From positions 24,793 through 88,792 of the IMG/VR virus record IMGVR_UViG_3300012940_000022: a stretch of DNA of 64,000 nucleotides. One strand, written 5' to 3'. Below the pieces are notes generated by a model. That model made no database searches. It was not told the origin of the DNA and saw only the letters and a program-made list of their open reading frames with translations. This DNA comes from a virus. A program made the translations under genes and the position numbers. Below, piece by piece: positions 19,287 through 29,105 of this stretch; the stretch's first letter is position 1; each line of letters starts with the position of its first letter.

Positions 19287-20708
19287 ATGCGCGATCAGCT
19301 CAACCTGGCAACCAGTGCCCGCGTCACCGCGTTCAAAGGCGAGGACCTGCTGGCGATCGCGCGCGAGCGTGCCCCCGACCCGACGGTCTTTGACGAGCGC
19401 GGCGCCTTCTTCTGGCGCGCCGAAATCTCCAATAGCTCGCTCGACTTCTACTTCACGCGCATGTCCGAGAAGACGCTCAAGAACTTCGCCCAGGCGGCCA
19501 CGGACGGCATCTCGTTCCAGGACAGCCACAACTGGGAAAAGCTCGGTTACGGGCAGTCGCTGCGCGGCATGTTCTACAAGGCGATCGAAGACGACGAATA
19601 CGGCATTCCCTTGCATCGGGTCGAGGCCGACTTTTTCACCATTCCCGGCATCGCCATCAACGGCGTGAACACCACCGATTTCATCGACGCGGTCCGCTCC
19701 GGCGTCACCCGCGACGTATCGGTCGGCTTCTACGCCGACGAGACGCGCTGCTCCATCTGCGGGAACGAGCTCTTCCAGGGCTGGTTCGGCGGCTGGTATG
19801 GCGCGTGTGATCACGTGCCCGGCATTGAGTACGGCCTGGTCGATGAGGACGGCAAGCCGCTCATCGGCGAGGACGGCAAGAAGGTCAAGAAGCTGGCGTT
19901 CGCCTGGATCGAGGACGGTCACCTGACCGAAACGAGCCAGGTCTACGACGGCGCCACGCCGAACGCCGCCAACCTCAAAGCCGAATTGATGGCCGCCGCC
20001 GGCGCGCTCGACGACGCGAGCCGCGCCCTGATCGAGCGGCGCTACCGCCGCAGTCTCCCGAGTCCCCGCAGTCAGTTCGCCGTGCCCGGCGAGAAAGGAC
20101 AGCCCATGACCCTCGCCCAGCGCAAACCGGCAGCCAAGCGCACGGAAGAGCCGGCGAAGCCGGTGGTCGAGCCGGAAACCCCAGTCGAAGAGCCGACGAC
20201 TCCCGAACCGGCCGCGCCCGTCAGCGAACCGGAAGAGGAAGAGACCGTCATCCTCGACGACCTCGAAGAGGCGACACCCGAGCCGGAGGCCGACGCCGAG
20301 CCGGCCGACGAAGCCGCGGAGTACGAAGAGATCCGCGCCGTCTACAAGGACCGCGGCATCACCCTCGGCACCAGCCGCAACAAGGCGATCCGCATGCTCG
20401 CCGACAAGGTGATCGAGCAGCGCGATCTCGCGAAAGTCGGACGGATGTTCCGCACCGAGTTGGAGCGCGATGTCGAGGCTTCGCTCGTCCGCGCCAAGGG
20501 GGCGGATGAAACCAAGCTCGCCACCTATCGCAGCCTGTTCAAACGATCGACGGTCGAAGAACTGAAGCAGCTCCGCGCCGACTTCGAAGAGGAAGCGACG
20601 GCCCGGTTCCCGGGCCGTCGCATCACCCGCGACACCGGACCGGCGCCGGAGCACGAACAAGACCCGCAGCCACAAGCGGCTCCGGCGGGAGCCTACCGAG
20701 CGCCGTAA
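19287..20708 (+). CDS. Prohead protease/scaffold fusion
   Basis: DSH, DVSVGF (S78-like catalytic Ser), RCSICG..CDH, ETSQVY; acidic linker and helical scaffold. Confidence 0.85.
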   Translation: MRDQLNLATSARVTAFKGEDLLAIARERAPDPTVFDERGAFFWRAEISNSSLDFYFTRMSEKTLKNFAQAATDGISFQDSHNWEKLGYGQSLRGMFYKAIEDDEYGIPLHRVEADFFTIPGIAINGVNTTDFIDAVRSGVTRDVSVGFYADETRCSICGNELFQGWFGGWYGACDHVPGIEYGLVDEDGKPLIGEDGKKVKKLAFAWIEDGHLTETSQVYDGATPNAANLKAELMAAAGALDDASRALIERRYRRSLPSPRSQFAVPGEKGQPMTLAQRKPAAKRTEEPAKPVVEPETPVEEPTTPEPAAPVSEPEEEETVILDDLEEATPEPEADAEPADEAAEYEEIRAVYKDRGITLGTSRNKAIRMLADKVIEQRDLAKVGRMFRTELERDVEASLVRAKGADETKLATYRSLFKRSTVEELKQLRADFEEEATARFPGRRITRDTGPAPEHEQDPQPQAAPAGAYRAP

Positions 20709-20758
20709 GCGCGTGCGATTGGACCTAACCGGCCGCAGGGCCGAACGGAGGAAGAACG

Positions 20759-21157
20759 ATGGCGAATCCACGCGCAACCGTCCGCTACGACGAGATCGGC
20801 ACGCTCGACGTGACCTTCAAGACGGACAACACGATTACCTACGATCGCACCAAGCCCGGCGGCAGCGACCAGGTCGGACTTGCGGTCACGCTGGCAGCGG
20901 ACGACACCGCCGGTCTGATCGGCGACGGCGAGCAACTGCTCGGCATCTTGCAGCGAGTTGAAGCCGATGGCAAAGCGCTCGTTCGCATTCGCGGTTACGC
21001 CTACGCCAAGGCGGGCACCGGTGCCACATTGACGCTCGGCGGAGGCATTGTCGGCGCGCTGCTCTCGACCGCTGAGGGCTACATCAAGACCGGCACTGGC
21101 CGGGGATTCATCCAGAACAACGACGACACCACGAAGGTGCTCATCTATCTCTTCTAG
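20759..21157 (+). CDS. Capsid decoration/cement protein
   Basis: Small Gly/Thr-rich beta protein between protease and MCP. Confidence 0.7.
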   Translation: MANPRATVRYDEIGTLDVTFKTDNTITYDRTKPGGSDQVGLAVTLAADDTAGLIGDGEQLLGILQRVEADGKALVRIRGYAYAKAGTGATLTLGGGIVGALLSTAEGYIKTGTGRGFIQNNDDTTKVLIYLF

Positions 21158-21213
21158 GCAACCGGCTCTGTAACGAGCAAGCAGGCCGGTTGACCCGGCG
21201 GAGGTTTTCGCAG

Positions 21214-22398
21214 ATGACGCGAGCGCAAGAGCTCCAGGGGCGCATCTCAATCCGCTCCATGGAGGACGCTTTCAAGGCCGGCAAGAGCCTCTCCCGCTGG
21301 CTGGAGGAGCAGGACCCGTCGGCCGAATACAAAGACGGCATGGATGCCTTCGAACGGCAGCTCATGCTCCATAACATCAAGACTGGCACCGATATGTCCG
21401 CCGGCTACTATGCCGACGAATTCGACGCTTTCAGCAGGGGTGGCGAAGCGACGAAAGTGCTAGGCGTTGAGTTTCTTTCTCGCTGCTGGCGCGCGGTGAA
21501 ATTCGGCAGCACCCGAGCGCTCTACGGCTCGGACGACAGCGGCGTCGGCACGGCGATGCGCCCCTACTTCGATGCGGCAGTCGAGCGGTCGAGCCAGATC
21601 GCGCCAGCGATACCGATCTCTGAGGCTGTGGCAATCACCACGCCGATCAACACCAATGTCTACCGGGCGGTGTACCTGCTCGACGATGTTGCCGAAGAGC
21701 GGATGGTTCGCGTCACCGAAGGCGGCGAGATTCCCGGCGCGACCCTGAAGAGCGCGGAGCACGCGACCGACCTCTTCAAATACGGTCGCAAGATCAAGGC
21801 GACCTACGAACAGCTTCGGCGCATTCGCATCGACACCATCGGCTTCCATCTCTCCCGGATGGCGGCGCAGGCGGAATCCGACAAACTGCCGACCATCATG
21901 GATGTGATGACCGTTGGCGACGGGAACAGCAACGCGGCGCCGGTGGTCGATCTGACCGATCTTGATCCGGACGCGACTGCGGGGACGCTGACCCTGAAGG
22001 CCTGGCTGAAGTTCAAGATGCTCTTCCGCAATCCGTACGCGCTCACGCACGCGCTTGCGCAGGACGATGTCGCGCTGCAACTGATGCTCCTTGACTCCGG
22101 ATCGGCAAATATCCCGCTCGTGGCACTTACGCAGGGCGGCGGTTTCGGTGGCTTTGATCCGATCAATCCTGAGCTACGCGACAACGTTCGGCTGGGATTC
22201 ACCGAGGACGCGCCCGCGGACAAGATCGTCGGGTTTGATAAGCGGTTCGCGATCGAACGGGTGACCGAAATTGGCTCCAACATCACTGAAACCACGCAGT
22301 GGATCACCAATCAGACCCGCGAGCTCGTGATGAGCGAGGTCGAAGGTTTTGCCAAGATCGATGACAAGGCCGTGCAGGTACTGAACCTCGCCGCCTAA
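21214..22398 (+). CDS. Major capsid protein (HK97 fold)
   Basis: VTEGGEIP, KYGRKIKATYE motifs; size and position; terminator after. Confidence 0.9.
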   Translation: MTRAQELQGRISIRSMEDAFKAGKSLSRWLEEQDPSAEYKDGMDAFERQLMLHNIKTGTDMSAGYYADEFDAFSRGGEATKVLGVEFLSRCWRAVKFGSTRALYGSDDSGVGTAMRPYFDAAVERSSQIAPAIPISEAVAITTPINTNVYRAVYLLDDVAEERMVRVTEGGEIPGATLKSAEHATDLFKYGRKIKATYEQLRRIRIDTIGFHLSRMAAQAESDKLPTIMDVMTVGDGNSNAAPVVDLTDLDPDATAGTLTLKAWLKFKMLFRNPYALTHALAQDDVALQLMLLDSGSANIPLVALTQGGGFGGFDPINPELRDNVRLGFTEDAPADKIVGFDKRFAIERVTEIGSNITETTQWITNQTRELVMSEVEGFAKIDDKAVQVLNLAA

Positions 22399-22423
22399 GT
22401 CTTCTCAGCAATTGCCGCAGGAA

Positions 22424-22465
22424 GGACGGCCGGAGCGACGCAAAGGTCGCCCGGCCGTTCGTTTT
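22424..22465 (+). terminator. Terminator after MCP
   Basis: ggacggccgg..gcgac-gcaaag-gtcgc-ccggccgttc-gtttt. Confidence 0.75.
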
Positions 22466-22479
22466 GAAAGGATCAGGAG

Positions 22480-23202
22480 ATGACGCTCATCACGGTTCGG
22501 CCGACACGCAACGACCGGCGCACGATCGTCTGGGAACGCGACAGCCGGCATCCCGGCGGCGAGGCCTACATTGGCGCCCGGACTGACCGCGAATTCGTCG
22601 TTGGCGAGACCCCCGACATCCTTCGGGCGATTGCCAGCGGTGCACTCGAGCGCGTCGCGGTACCGGCCGACACCGCTACGACGCAAAGCGAGTCCTACGA
22701 GTTGACAAAGGCCCGGGAGGAAGCTGCCGAAGCCGCGGTGGAGGAGAGCGCCGGAATCTACGAACTCGATGGGAAACGGCACGTGTTTCACTCGATCGAT
22801 GACGTGCCTGCTAATGCCGTCGTGGTGGGATTCCGCAGCGTCGAGGAGTTGCACGAGGCGGTAAAGGCCCTAGAAGAAGTCCAACCGCAAGAGGACAAAT
22901 CCAATGGCGATCAGCCGCCAGCTCCCGGGGCGACAACTGTCGGCGACCAGGAGGCGCCCACCAATCCCGACCAGACGGCTGATCAGGCTGAACCTCCGAC
23001 AGGAGCGGGTGCGCCAGCGAACGCTGAGGGCGCCACGGCTGAAAACGCAAAGGATGCCGCATCTCAAGAAGAGGTGAATCCGGTGAACGCCGAGCAGCAG
23101 CAGACCACCAACAGCACCAACACGACCGATCCGAAGCAGGAGCAACCGACAACCACCCAGCCGCCGCGCCGATCGACCCGCCGACCGGCTGAACCACGCT
23201 AA
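22480..23202 (+). CDS. Hypothetical post-capsid protein with low-complexity tail
   Basis: AGGAG RBS; WERDSRHPGGEAYI domain then disordered Q/T/P-rich region. Confidence 0.75.
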   Translation: MTLITVRPTRNDRRTIVWERDSRHPGGEAYIGARTDREFVVGETPDILRAIASGALERVAVPADTATTQSESYELTKAREEAAEAAVEESAGIYELDGKRHVFHSIDDVPANAVVVGFRSVEELHEAVKALEEVQPQEDKSNGDQPPAPGATTVGDQEAPTNPDQTADQAEPPTGAGAPANAEGATAENAKDAASQEEVNPVNAEQQQTTNSTNTTDPKQEQPTTTQPPRRSTRRPAEPR

Positions 23203-23627
23203 TGGCGCTGCCGATTCTCGCCGGCACCGACGATGCGGCTGCGGTGCGCCTGCTGATCGATCAGAACCTGACCGCCGACCTGATGCCGGATATGACGATC
23301 TACAGTCCGGTCTTCTACGGCGCAGTGCAGGCAGAGCTCGTGCGTCGCGTGCCGGGTCTCGCCGATGCTGACAGTGGGAGCGACGAACAAGCCGCGTACA
23401 AGCTCGTCGCGATGTACTGGACCGCGGCCGCGATGCTCTCCGGTCAGGTGGGATTGACCGGCGAGAAATTCACGGACGAGTACAGCTACACGCAGGATGC
23501 TGGGGCAGTGGCTGCTCGCGCGGCATGGCTGCGTCAACTGGGCGAGGACGCGCTGGAGCCGTATCTCGAGACCAGCGGATTGGGGACGATGTTCGCCCGG
23601 GTGCCGGGAGGCAGGGGGCGGATATGA
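23202..23627 (+). CDS. Head-tail adaptor (gp15/gp6-like)
   Basis: Helical ~140 aa with EKFTDEYSYT beta-hairpin; position. Confidence 0.65.
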   Translation: MALPILAGTDDAAAVRLLIDQNLTADLMPDMTIYSPVFYGAVQAELVRRVPGLADADSGSDEQAAYKLVAMYWTAAAMLSGQVGLTGEKFTDEYSYTQDAGAVAARAAWLRQLGEDALEPYLETSGLGTMFARVPGGRGRI

Positions 23628-24295
23628 GCGTCGGATTGGCGCGTGCCCGTGGTCGCATGAAGAGCCGCCATACCGCGAAGCTGACGATCGAGCGGCAGAA
23701 CGCGAGCGGTGCCTGGCAGACGGTCGCCATCGACGTGCCGTGCACGCTCCGTCCGGTGCGCTCCGGCGGTGCGCCGGCATCGGCGCAACCCGATGCCGGC
23801 CAACAGGGCCAGCGGCTTTACGCCTGGCGCGTGCTTGCCGACGTCGGTACCGGCATCCAGATCAAGGACCGACTCACGATCGTCACGGCTGAATTCGGCA
23901 CCGTGCGCATTGTGGTCGGAGCGATCACGCAACCGTCGATGGGGGTGTGCGAAAACGCCTTCGGCACGCGCGAGGAATGGGCCGGCGAGCAGATCAGCAT
24001 CACCTTCATCCGTTACGACCAGGTCACCGAAACCGAGGCGACCCTCGGGCCCGTGCTTGCCGGTCGAGTGCAAGACGATCCGCGATCATCAGGCGGATCG
24101 AGCGACGGATCGGCAGGCGCGTTGATGACGGTCACGCTGCGATTGCCGGATACCGAGCCGCGCGTCCAGGTCGGTGACATCGTCCCCGAGCTCGCCGGCG
24201 GTGTCGTTCGCGTGGTGCGGCCGGCCGTCGATCAGCACTACGAGATCGAGGTGGCGGTCGATGCCGGCATTGCCTGGACCTCTGGAGGCTCCTAG
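23624..24295 (+). CDS. Head closure-like protein
   Basis: DVPCTL...IQIKDRLTI beta pattern; ATGA overlap. Confidence 0.6.
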   Translation: MSVGLARARGRMKSRHTAKLTIERQNASGAWQTVAIDVPCTLRPVRSGGAPASAQPDAGQQGQRLYAWRVLADVGTGIQIKDRLTIVTAEFGTVRIVVGAITQPSMGVCENAFGTREEWAGEQISITFIRYDQVTETEATLGPVLAGRVQDDPRSSGGSSDGSAGALMTVTLRLPDTEPRVQVGDIVPELAGGVVRVVRPAVDQHYEIEVAVDAGIAWTSGGS

Positions 24296-24297
24296 CA

Positions 24298-24645
24298 GTG
24301 GGCGTACGCTGGAAAGGCCTGAGGGAGACCACGCAACGGATCGATCGGCTGGCGAACGAGCTGGACGACAACGTCGGGGTCGAGATGGCGGCGCTCGGTG
24401 AGGAATGGACGGAGTATGCCCAGAGCCATCACCGCTGGCAAAACCGCAGCGGCGAGGCGGAAGCCGAACTCCATCACGTCGTGACGAAGACAGGAACCGG
24501 CTGGCAGGTGGACGAGTCGCACGGTGCGCCGTACGGCATCTGGCTCGAGAAAAAGTATGGCGGCAAATGGGGCGTGCTCCTCCCCTCCCTCGCCGCGATG
24601 ATCCCGAGAGTGCAAGCCCGGCTCCGTAATGTCTTTCGCTTCTGA
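24298..24645 (+). CDS. Neck protein (HK97 gp10-like)
   Basis: YAQSHHRWQNRSGEA...HGAPYGIWLEKKYGGKW. Confidence 0.75.
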   Translation: MGVRWKGLRETTQRIDRLANELDDNVGVEMAALGEEWTEYAQSHHRWQNRSGEAEAELHHVVTKTGTGWQVDESHGAPYGIWLEKKYGGKWGVLLPSLAAMIPRVQARLRNVFRF

Positions 24646-24654
24646 GGTACGGCC

Positions 24655-25137
24655 ATGAGTCTCGATCTCATCAACGCGATCGCCGATGCCCTCCGCAACG
24701 ATCCGACGATCTCGGCCGCATTGACCGGCAAGGTCTGGACGCGCGAGCTGCGCAAGAACGTCTCGACCGATCCCAGCGTGCAAACGCCTGGCTCGACGCC
24801 GGATGCGTTCGACAGCGCGCAGCGGATCAGGCGCGCCGCCGTGGTGCAGATGCAGTTGCCGGAAACGCGCAACCTGGCCGGACCATCGGGTGCCTACATC
24901 GGCGGGCCGCAAATCCTCTTCTACTGCCAGCCGAAGGAGACGGAGAAGGTGGCGATCAACACGGTGATCGGCAAGACAATCGCCCTACTCCGAGGAAAGC
25001 CGATCCGAATCCCGTCATACGGCACCGCGACGGTGCTCTCGATCGCCGGCCGAGATGACTTCGAGGATGATCCGGTGCTGAATGCGGTGTTTGCGTCGTT
25101 GTCGTTGCAGGCGGATGGGGTGTGGTTTACCGGCTAG
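24655..25137 (+). CDS. Tail terminator/completion protein
   Basis: AIADALRNDPTISAALTGKVW start; position. Confidence 0.65.
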   Translation: MSLDLINAIADALRNDPTISAALTGKVWTRELRKNVSTDPSVQTPGSTPDAFDSAQRIRRAAVVQMQLPETRNLAGPSGAYIGGPQILFYCQPKETEKVAINTVIGKTIALLRGKPIRIPSYGTATVLSIAGRDDFEDDPVLNAVFASLSLQADGVWFTG

Positions 25138-25375
25138 CGGGATCGAGGCCGAGTATTCTATCCACCGAAACCTTGACCGGTCTATCTTCCGGATCGAAAC
25201 TCACCGTATAGGTCTCGCTGTCGCTGCCGCCGAAGCTCATATACGCCCGCGTGTTCGAGCGGTCGATAATCTCACCAGAGATAGACGTCCGCGAGAGATC
25301 GGGCGGAGCCGTGTTATCGACTAGCACGCGATCACCGATGTTGTAACAGTATTCGAAGGCTGATGAATCACTCAT
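25127..25375 (-). CDS. Small SH3/KOW-like protein (moron)
   Basis: YNIGDRVLV...GEIIDR...YTVSFD. Confidence 0.6.
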   Translation of the reverse strand: MSDSSAFEYCYNIGDRVLVDNTAPPDLSRTSISGEIIDRSNTRAYMSFGGSDSETYTVSFDPEDRPVKVSVDRILGLDPASR

Positions 25376-25625
25376 CGTTCATGCCGTTCTCGTGGTTGAC
25401 GCGAGTATCAGGCAGGGATTCAAGCGTCAAACTGAAACTACCAGGTTGCCATTCTTCGGAGCTCCTGTATGTGAGTCCAGCAGGATACTTCTCAGCAAGC
25501 TGCTGCTTCAGTCGCTCGATCGCCTCGTCGCTAAAGCGCTCGCCGTAGGCGTTGACGTACGCAAGGACCTCAATCGATTGCGTCAGCGATTCGACCGGTA
25601 CATGGATCGTCTTTTCGTCTATCAT
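25368..25625 (-). CDS. Hypothetical protein (moron)
   Basis: GGAG RBS; overlaps next minus-strand ORF. Confidence 0.55.
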   Translation of the reverse strand: MIDEKTIHVPVESLTQSIEVLAYVNAYGERFSDEAIERLKQQLAEKYPAGLTYRSSEEWQPGSFSLTLESLPDTRVNHENGMNDE

Positions 25626-25906
25626 CAGAACTCTCCGCGGTATTCCTGCAACCTATTCGGCTGCTCCCTGAATGCGTCGGTAAATCGCTGCCACGATCGT
25701 CTGACCGTTTTCCACGTCGAGCGGAAATTCACCTTCAACGGATTGCTTCGGCTTTGCGATTGCTTCGGGGACGAAACACTCGCCATGTGAGGGCACTTCG
25801 CGAGGTGAAGCAAACGTAATCTCGAATGATCGAATGGGAACATTACCAGTCTTTTCTTCCATCGGCGTTTACCTTTCCTCCACCTTATTCTATCACCGGC
25901 GATGTC

Positions 25907-25953
25907 AAAAGTGACCCATTTCTCCGAAGATTTTGCAACGCCGTTGCTAGCAT
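25907..25953 (+). promoter_or_regulatory. Late-promoter motif and extended -10 before tail genes
   Basis: AAAAGTG-ACC-CATTTCT 25907-25923; TGc-TAGCAT 25948-25953 (24-bp gap). Confidence 0.7.
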
Positions 25954-26020
25954 TCGGGCGAGCCGCAACCAGCGTATTCGCTCCGGGCGAACAGACGACG
26001 CGGCTCCGGAGGAATCCACC

Positions 26021-26287
26021 ATGCCCGACAAGATACTTACCGTCGAAGAGCTCGATGCCTATCTCAAAGAGAACGGCACCGTGCCTGGCGGGTATCGCTT
26101 CAACCCGCATGCGAAAGTGCGGTGGACCACGCTCGACGGCACCCCAGTTGAGTCGGCCCCAGTATCGGAGCCGGTCGACGAAGAGGTCACTGCCGTAGAC
26201 GAGGAAGCCACTGCATCGGAGCCGGTCGACGAAGAGGTCACTCCCGTCGATGAGGAAGCCGCTGCTGAAGACGACGAGGAGTCCTAA
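26021..26287 (+). CDS. Small acidic hypothetical protein
   Basis: GGAGG RBS, ATG 26021. Confidence 0.75.
   Translation: MPDKILTVEELDAYLKENGTVPGGYRFNPHAKVRWTTLDGTPVESAPVSEPVDEEVTAVDEEATASEPVDEEVTPVDEEAAAEDDEES
26165..26266 (+). repeat. Two in-frame 51-bp tandem repeats (SEPVDEEVTxVDEEAxA)
   Basis: Units start at 26165 and 26216. Confidence 0.85.
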
Positions 26288-26292
26288 GCGCC

Positions 26293-26871
26293 ATGCGCGT
26301 GGTGCTCCTCGACCCGGACATGCTTGCCGAGGATGGCAGTGGCAAAGCGGTGCAGCCGGAGACCGGCTACGTCTGGCTGGAGTGGATCGGGCAGCCCTCG
26401 CCCACCATCTCGCCGACCGTCCGGTTCCTAATGCTCCGTGACCGGCTTCCTGCCATCTATAAGAAGGCGATCCGCACGATCGCCGCCGGCGCGATTCGCC
26501 GGGTGGATGGCAAGACGTCGCGCACGATCGAGCGCGGCAACGGCTACGGCCAGATTCCAGGCCTCACGCAGACCTGGACCTTCGGTCCGAAGAAGAATGC
26601 CGGACGCGGTCAGCGCGGCAGTTACATCCAGAAAGTCCCTAATCGCGACGCCGATCTGATCAAGTCGTCGCCCTCCGGCAAGGAGTTCCGGGTCCTCGGC
26701 TACGCCGGGGACACCGACATCGAACCGGTGACGGCGATGACCAACGCGATCATCGGCGACGTGTTCCAAACCAAGGTCGCGAAGAAGCTCGGCGAGGCCG
26801 AGGGCTTCAAGACCTACCGCGCGCTCAGCCGAAAGATGGGCTGGGACGCCACAAGAGTTCGCAGACGATGA
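26293..26871 (+). CDS. Hypothetical protein
   Basis: 192-aa ORF in operon with high GC3 codon use. Confidence 0.75.
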   Translation: MRVVLLDPDMLAEDGSGKAVQPETGYVWLEWIGQPSPTISPTVRFLMLRDRLPAIYKKAIRTIAAGAIRRVDGKTSRTIERGNGYGQIPGLTQTWTFGPKKNAGRGQRGSYIQKVPNRDADLIKSSPSGKEFRVLGYAGDTDIEPVTAMTNAIIGDVFQTKVAKKLGEAEGFKTYRALSRKMGWDATRVRRR

Positions 26872-27149
26872 GCGCGGTCGAGCACCCACGACCACCTGAA
26901 GCGCCGTTTGCCGGGATCGAGTCGCTCGATCTCACGCAGTTTCGGCAAGAAGTGGTCTTGCGCTGCCCGGCCGGCGTGCATCACGGAACGATCATCAATG
27001 GTCGCTATCTCCGGATTCCCTGCCGGCGCAGCAAGCGAAAGCGCGACGGGCTCCAGGCCTACGACGTGTTCGACCTCGTGTTGGGGCGGCACGTGCGCGT
27101 GGAGTACCAGCAGCCGATCGCCGGGCGTGTTTCCCGGCAGGAGGAATAG
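26868..27149 (+). CDS. Small Com-like zinc-ribbon-related protein
   Basis: LRCPAGVHHG...RIPC; ATGA overlap; just before major tail gene. Confidence 0.65.
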   Translation: MSAVEHPRPPEAPFAGIESLDLTQFRQEVVLRCPAGVHHGTIINGRYLRIPCRRSKRKRDGLQAYDVFDLVLGRHVRVEYQQPIAGRVSRQEE

Positions 27150-27152
27150 GAG

Positions 27153-27707
27153 ATGCCGGGATTCGCTGAAGTTCCGCGCGGCGTAGAAAACCTGATGGTG
27201 GCCCCGGTGACTGGTGCTGCCAATACCGTCGGAACCTGGGTCGACGTGCCGGGCATCGGCTCGTTCGAAGTCAATGTCGAGTCGGACTCCGACGAGTTGT
27301 CGGGCGATAACCGCATCATTGCGGTTTCGAAGTCAGCGCCGTCGCTGTCCGGCTCGATGGAGTGGCACCAGATCAATCTCGCCGCGCTCGCCGTCGTCAA
27401 GGGCGGCATCGTTTCGACCACCGGCACTGCGGGCAACCAGATCTCCGAATTGCCCGAATCCGACACGCTGACGCAGATCAACTTCGCCATTCAGGTTGCG
27501 GCGCCCGGCGTCGATGTCGGCGGCTCGGAGTACCAGGTCGAAGTGAAGAAGGCGACGATCACCTCCGGTCTGTCCGAGTCGATGACGACGGACGACTGGA
27601 ACACCCCGAGTCTCGACTATGCGGGTGTGTCGGTCGGCGGCATCCTGCTCGTTCGCCGGCAGTTTGAGGACGCCGACAACGGCGGCCTGCCGTACGAGGC
27701 GGCATAG
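27153..27707 (+). CDS. Major tail (tube) protein
   Basis: VESDSDELSGDN, GSME, TDDWNTPSL tail-tube pattern; position. Confidence 0.85.
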   Translation: MPGFAEVPRGVENLMVAPVTGAANTVGTWVDVPGIGSFEVNVESDSDELSGDNRIIAVSKSAPSLSGSMEWHQINLAALAVVKGGIVSTTGTAGNQISELPESDTLTQINFAIQVAAPGVDVGGSEYQVEVKKATITSGLSESMTTDDWNTPSLDYAGVSVGGILLVRRQFEDADNGGLPYEAA

Positions 27708-27725
27708 GCAGAAGGGTATCGATCG

Positions 27726-28010
27726 ATGGTCAAGGTGCTCCAGCAGGGCAAGCTCCCCAAACACGAGTCGCCGTGGTGGCTCAAGGTCATCCATGAGTGC
27801 GGCTATTGCGGAGCGCGCTATCTGCTGGAGCACCGAGACCCGGTCGAAGCCCGGCTCTCCGAGTGCGGACACATCATCGCCGAGACGGTGTGCCCGACCT
27901 GCAAGCAAAAGGTCACAACTCGGCACCCGGACGGACTTGTTCGGGAACATCCGAAGCCGGAACCGCTGCCCAAAAGCATTCCGGAAAGCGAGCGATTCAG
28001 GTCCCGTTAG
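27726..28010 (+). CDS. Small zinc-ribbon protein
   Basis: CGYCG...CPTCK. Confidence 0.65.
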   Translation: MVKVLQQGKLPKHESPWWLKVIHECGYCGARYLLEHRDPVEARLSECGHIIAETVCPTCKQKVTTRHPDGLVREHPKPEPLPKSIPESERFRSR

Positions 28011-28056
28011 TTTGGCGAAACGCCGAAAAGCGCCAAGAGCGCAGGAGCAAAGAGCG

Positions 28057-28638
28057 ATGCCAACCACCCCACGCACCAAATCCCGATCCGGCGTACCGAG
28101 CGCCGGTCCCCGCAAGCGCGCCGCCGCCGTGAAGCAAACCGACATCACCTACGCCAAGAAGCTGGTCGATCCATCGCTCTTCTTTCAGGAATCGATGGAC
28201 ACCGAGTTCTATTTCCGCCTTGCCGCGACCTTCCCGAGCAAGGAGGTCTATGTCAAAGCGCAGCGCGTGACGCTCGGTGACGAGATGCTCGACGGACGGT
28301 TCCCGGCGGATTTCACCGAAGACCTGCTCAAAGGCTTGCAATTCGTTTCGGACGAAAGTCACGGTGCATTCTTCGAGCAAATGAAGAACGCAAACGACCT
28401 CCAGGCGCTCGCGATGGCTGCGCGAACTCCGGAGATCAAGCCGCTGCTCGATGCCGCCATCGTCATGGGATTCCTCGAGCCCAAGGCCTACCTCAAGGAA
28501 GATGACGCGAAAGCAAACGGCGGCATTCCCGTCGAGAAGATCCGCTTCGCCGACAAGCTCCGGTTCGTCGCCGAATTGCAGAAGGAGGACGCGGCAGCCG
28601 ACGCCCTGTTTCCGCCCGCTCCTCGACCAGAGGCTTGA
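28057..28638 (+). CDS. Tail assembly chaperone (G-like)
   Basis: AGGAG RBS, ATG 28057; between tail tube and TMP. Confidence 0.75.
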   Translation: MPTTPRTKSRSGVPSAGPRKRAAAVKQTDITYAKKLVDPSLFFQESMDTEFYFRLAATFPSKEVYVKAQRVTLGDEMLDGRFPADFTEDLLKGLQFVSDESHGAFFEQMKNANDLQALAMAARTPEIKPLLDAAIVMGFLEPKAYLKEDDAKANGGIPVEKIRFADKLRFVAELQKEDAAADALFPPAPRPEA

Positions 28639-29044
28639 GCTCTATTACCTCGATCTGCTCTGCACGCGCTATCCCCAGGCCGGTACGCCCTTTGACGCGG
28701 CCGGCCTGACCGGTGCCATGCGGCGACGCGGCTTTCACCCGGCGACAATCGAGCGCTACCGGTTTCGCTTCAACATCGCCGTCGCGATATACGGCGATGC
28801 CGTCGATCGGCGCAAGAACGAGACCGTCCAGAAGAATGCACCGAAGGACAAGAGCAAGACGCCGAAGATCAGCGTACCGAAATACACGTCGCTGACCGGA
28901 CTGCTCAACCTGCCGAAGCCGGACGAAGTGGCCATGGCTGATCCGAAGGCTCAGGCCGAGCACGATGCGCTGATCGAGGCGTGGCAGACCGACCCTGAGG
29001 AGTTCGTGCGGATGTTGCAGGAGAAGATCGGGTTGGAGGCATAG
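28610..29044 (+). CDS. Tail assembly chaperone frameshift extension (GT-like, +1 frame)
   Basis: Overlapping frame without its own RBS/start; TTT-C slip at 28609-28612. Confidence 0.65.
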   Translation, partial: FRPLLDQRLELYYLDLLCTRYPQAGTPFDAAGLTGAMRRRGFHPATIERYRFRFNIAVAIYGDAVDRRKNETVQKNAPKDKSKTPKISVPKYTSLTGLLNLPKPDEVAMADPKAQAEHDALIEAWQTDPEEFVRMLQEKIGLEA

Positions 29045-29069
29045 AGACATCAGCCGAGGGTCAACAATA

Positions 29070-29105
29070 AGAGCCTGTGCGTCACAGAGGTGACGCACAG
29101 GCTCT
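29070..29105. terminator. Perfect 16-bp stem hairpin after chaperone genes
   Basis: agagcctgtgcgtcac-agag-gtgacgcacaggctct. Confidence 0.7.

Noticed and set aside
22424-22465. GACGCAAAG hairpin as c-di-GMP-I riboswitch
   Set aside because: Only a single stem with a T-tract directly after the MCP stop; second stem and tetraloop receptor absent
25625-25862. Third minus-strand moron ORF
   Set aside because: Two competing short frames, neither with a recognisable motif; could not choose
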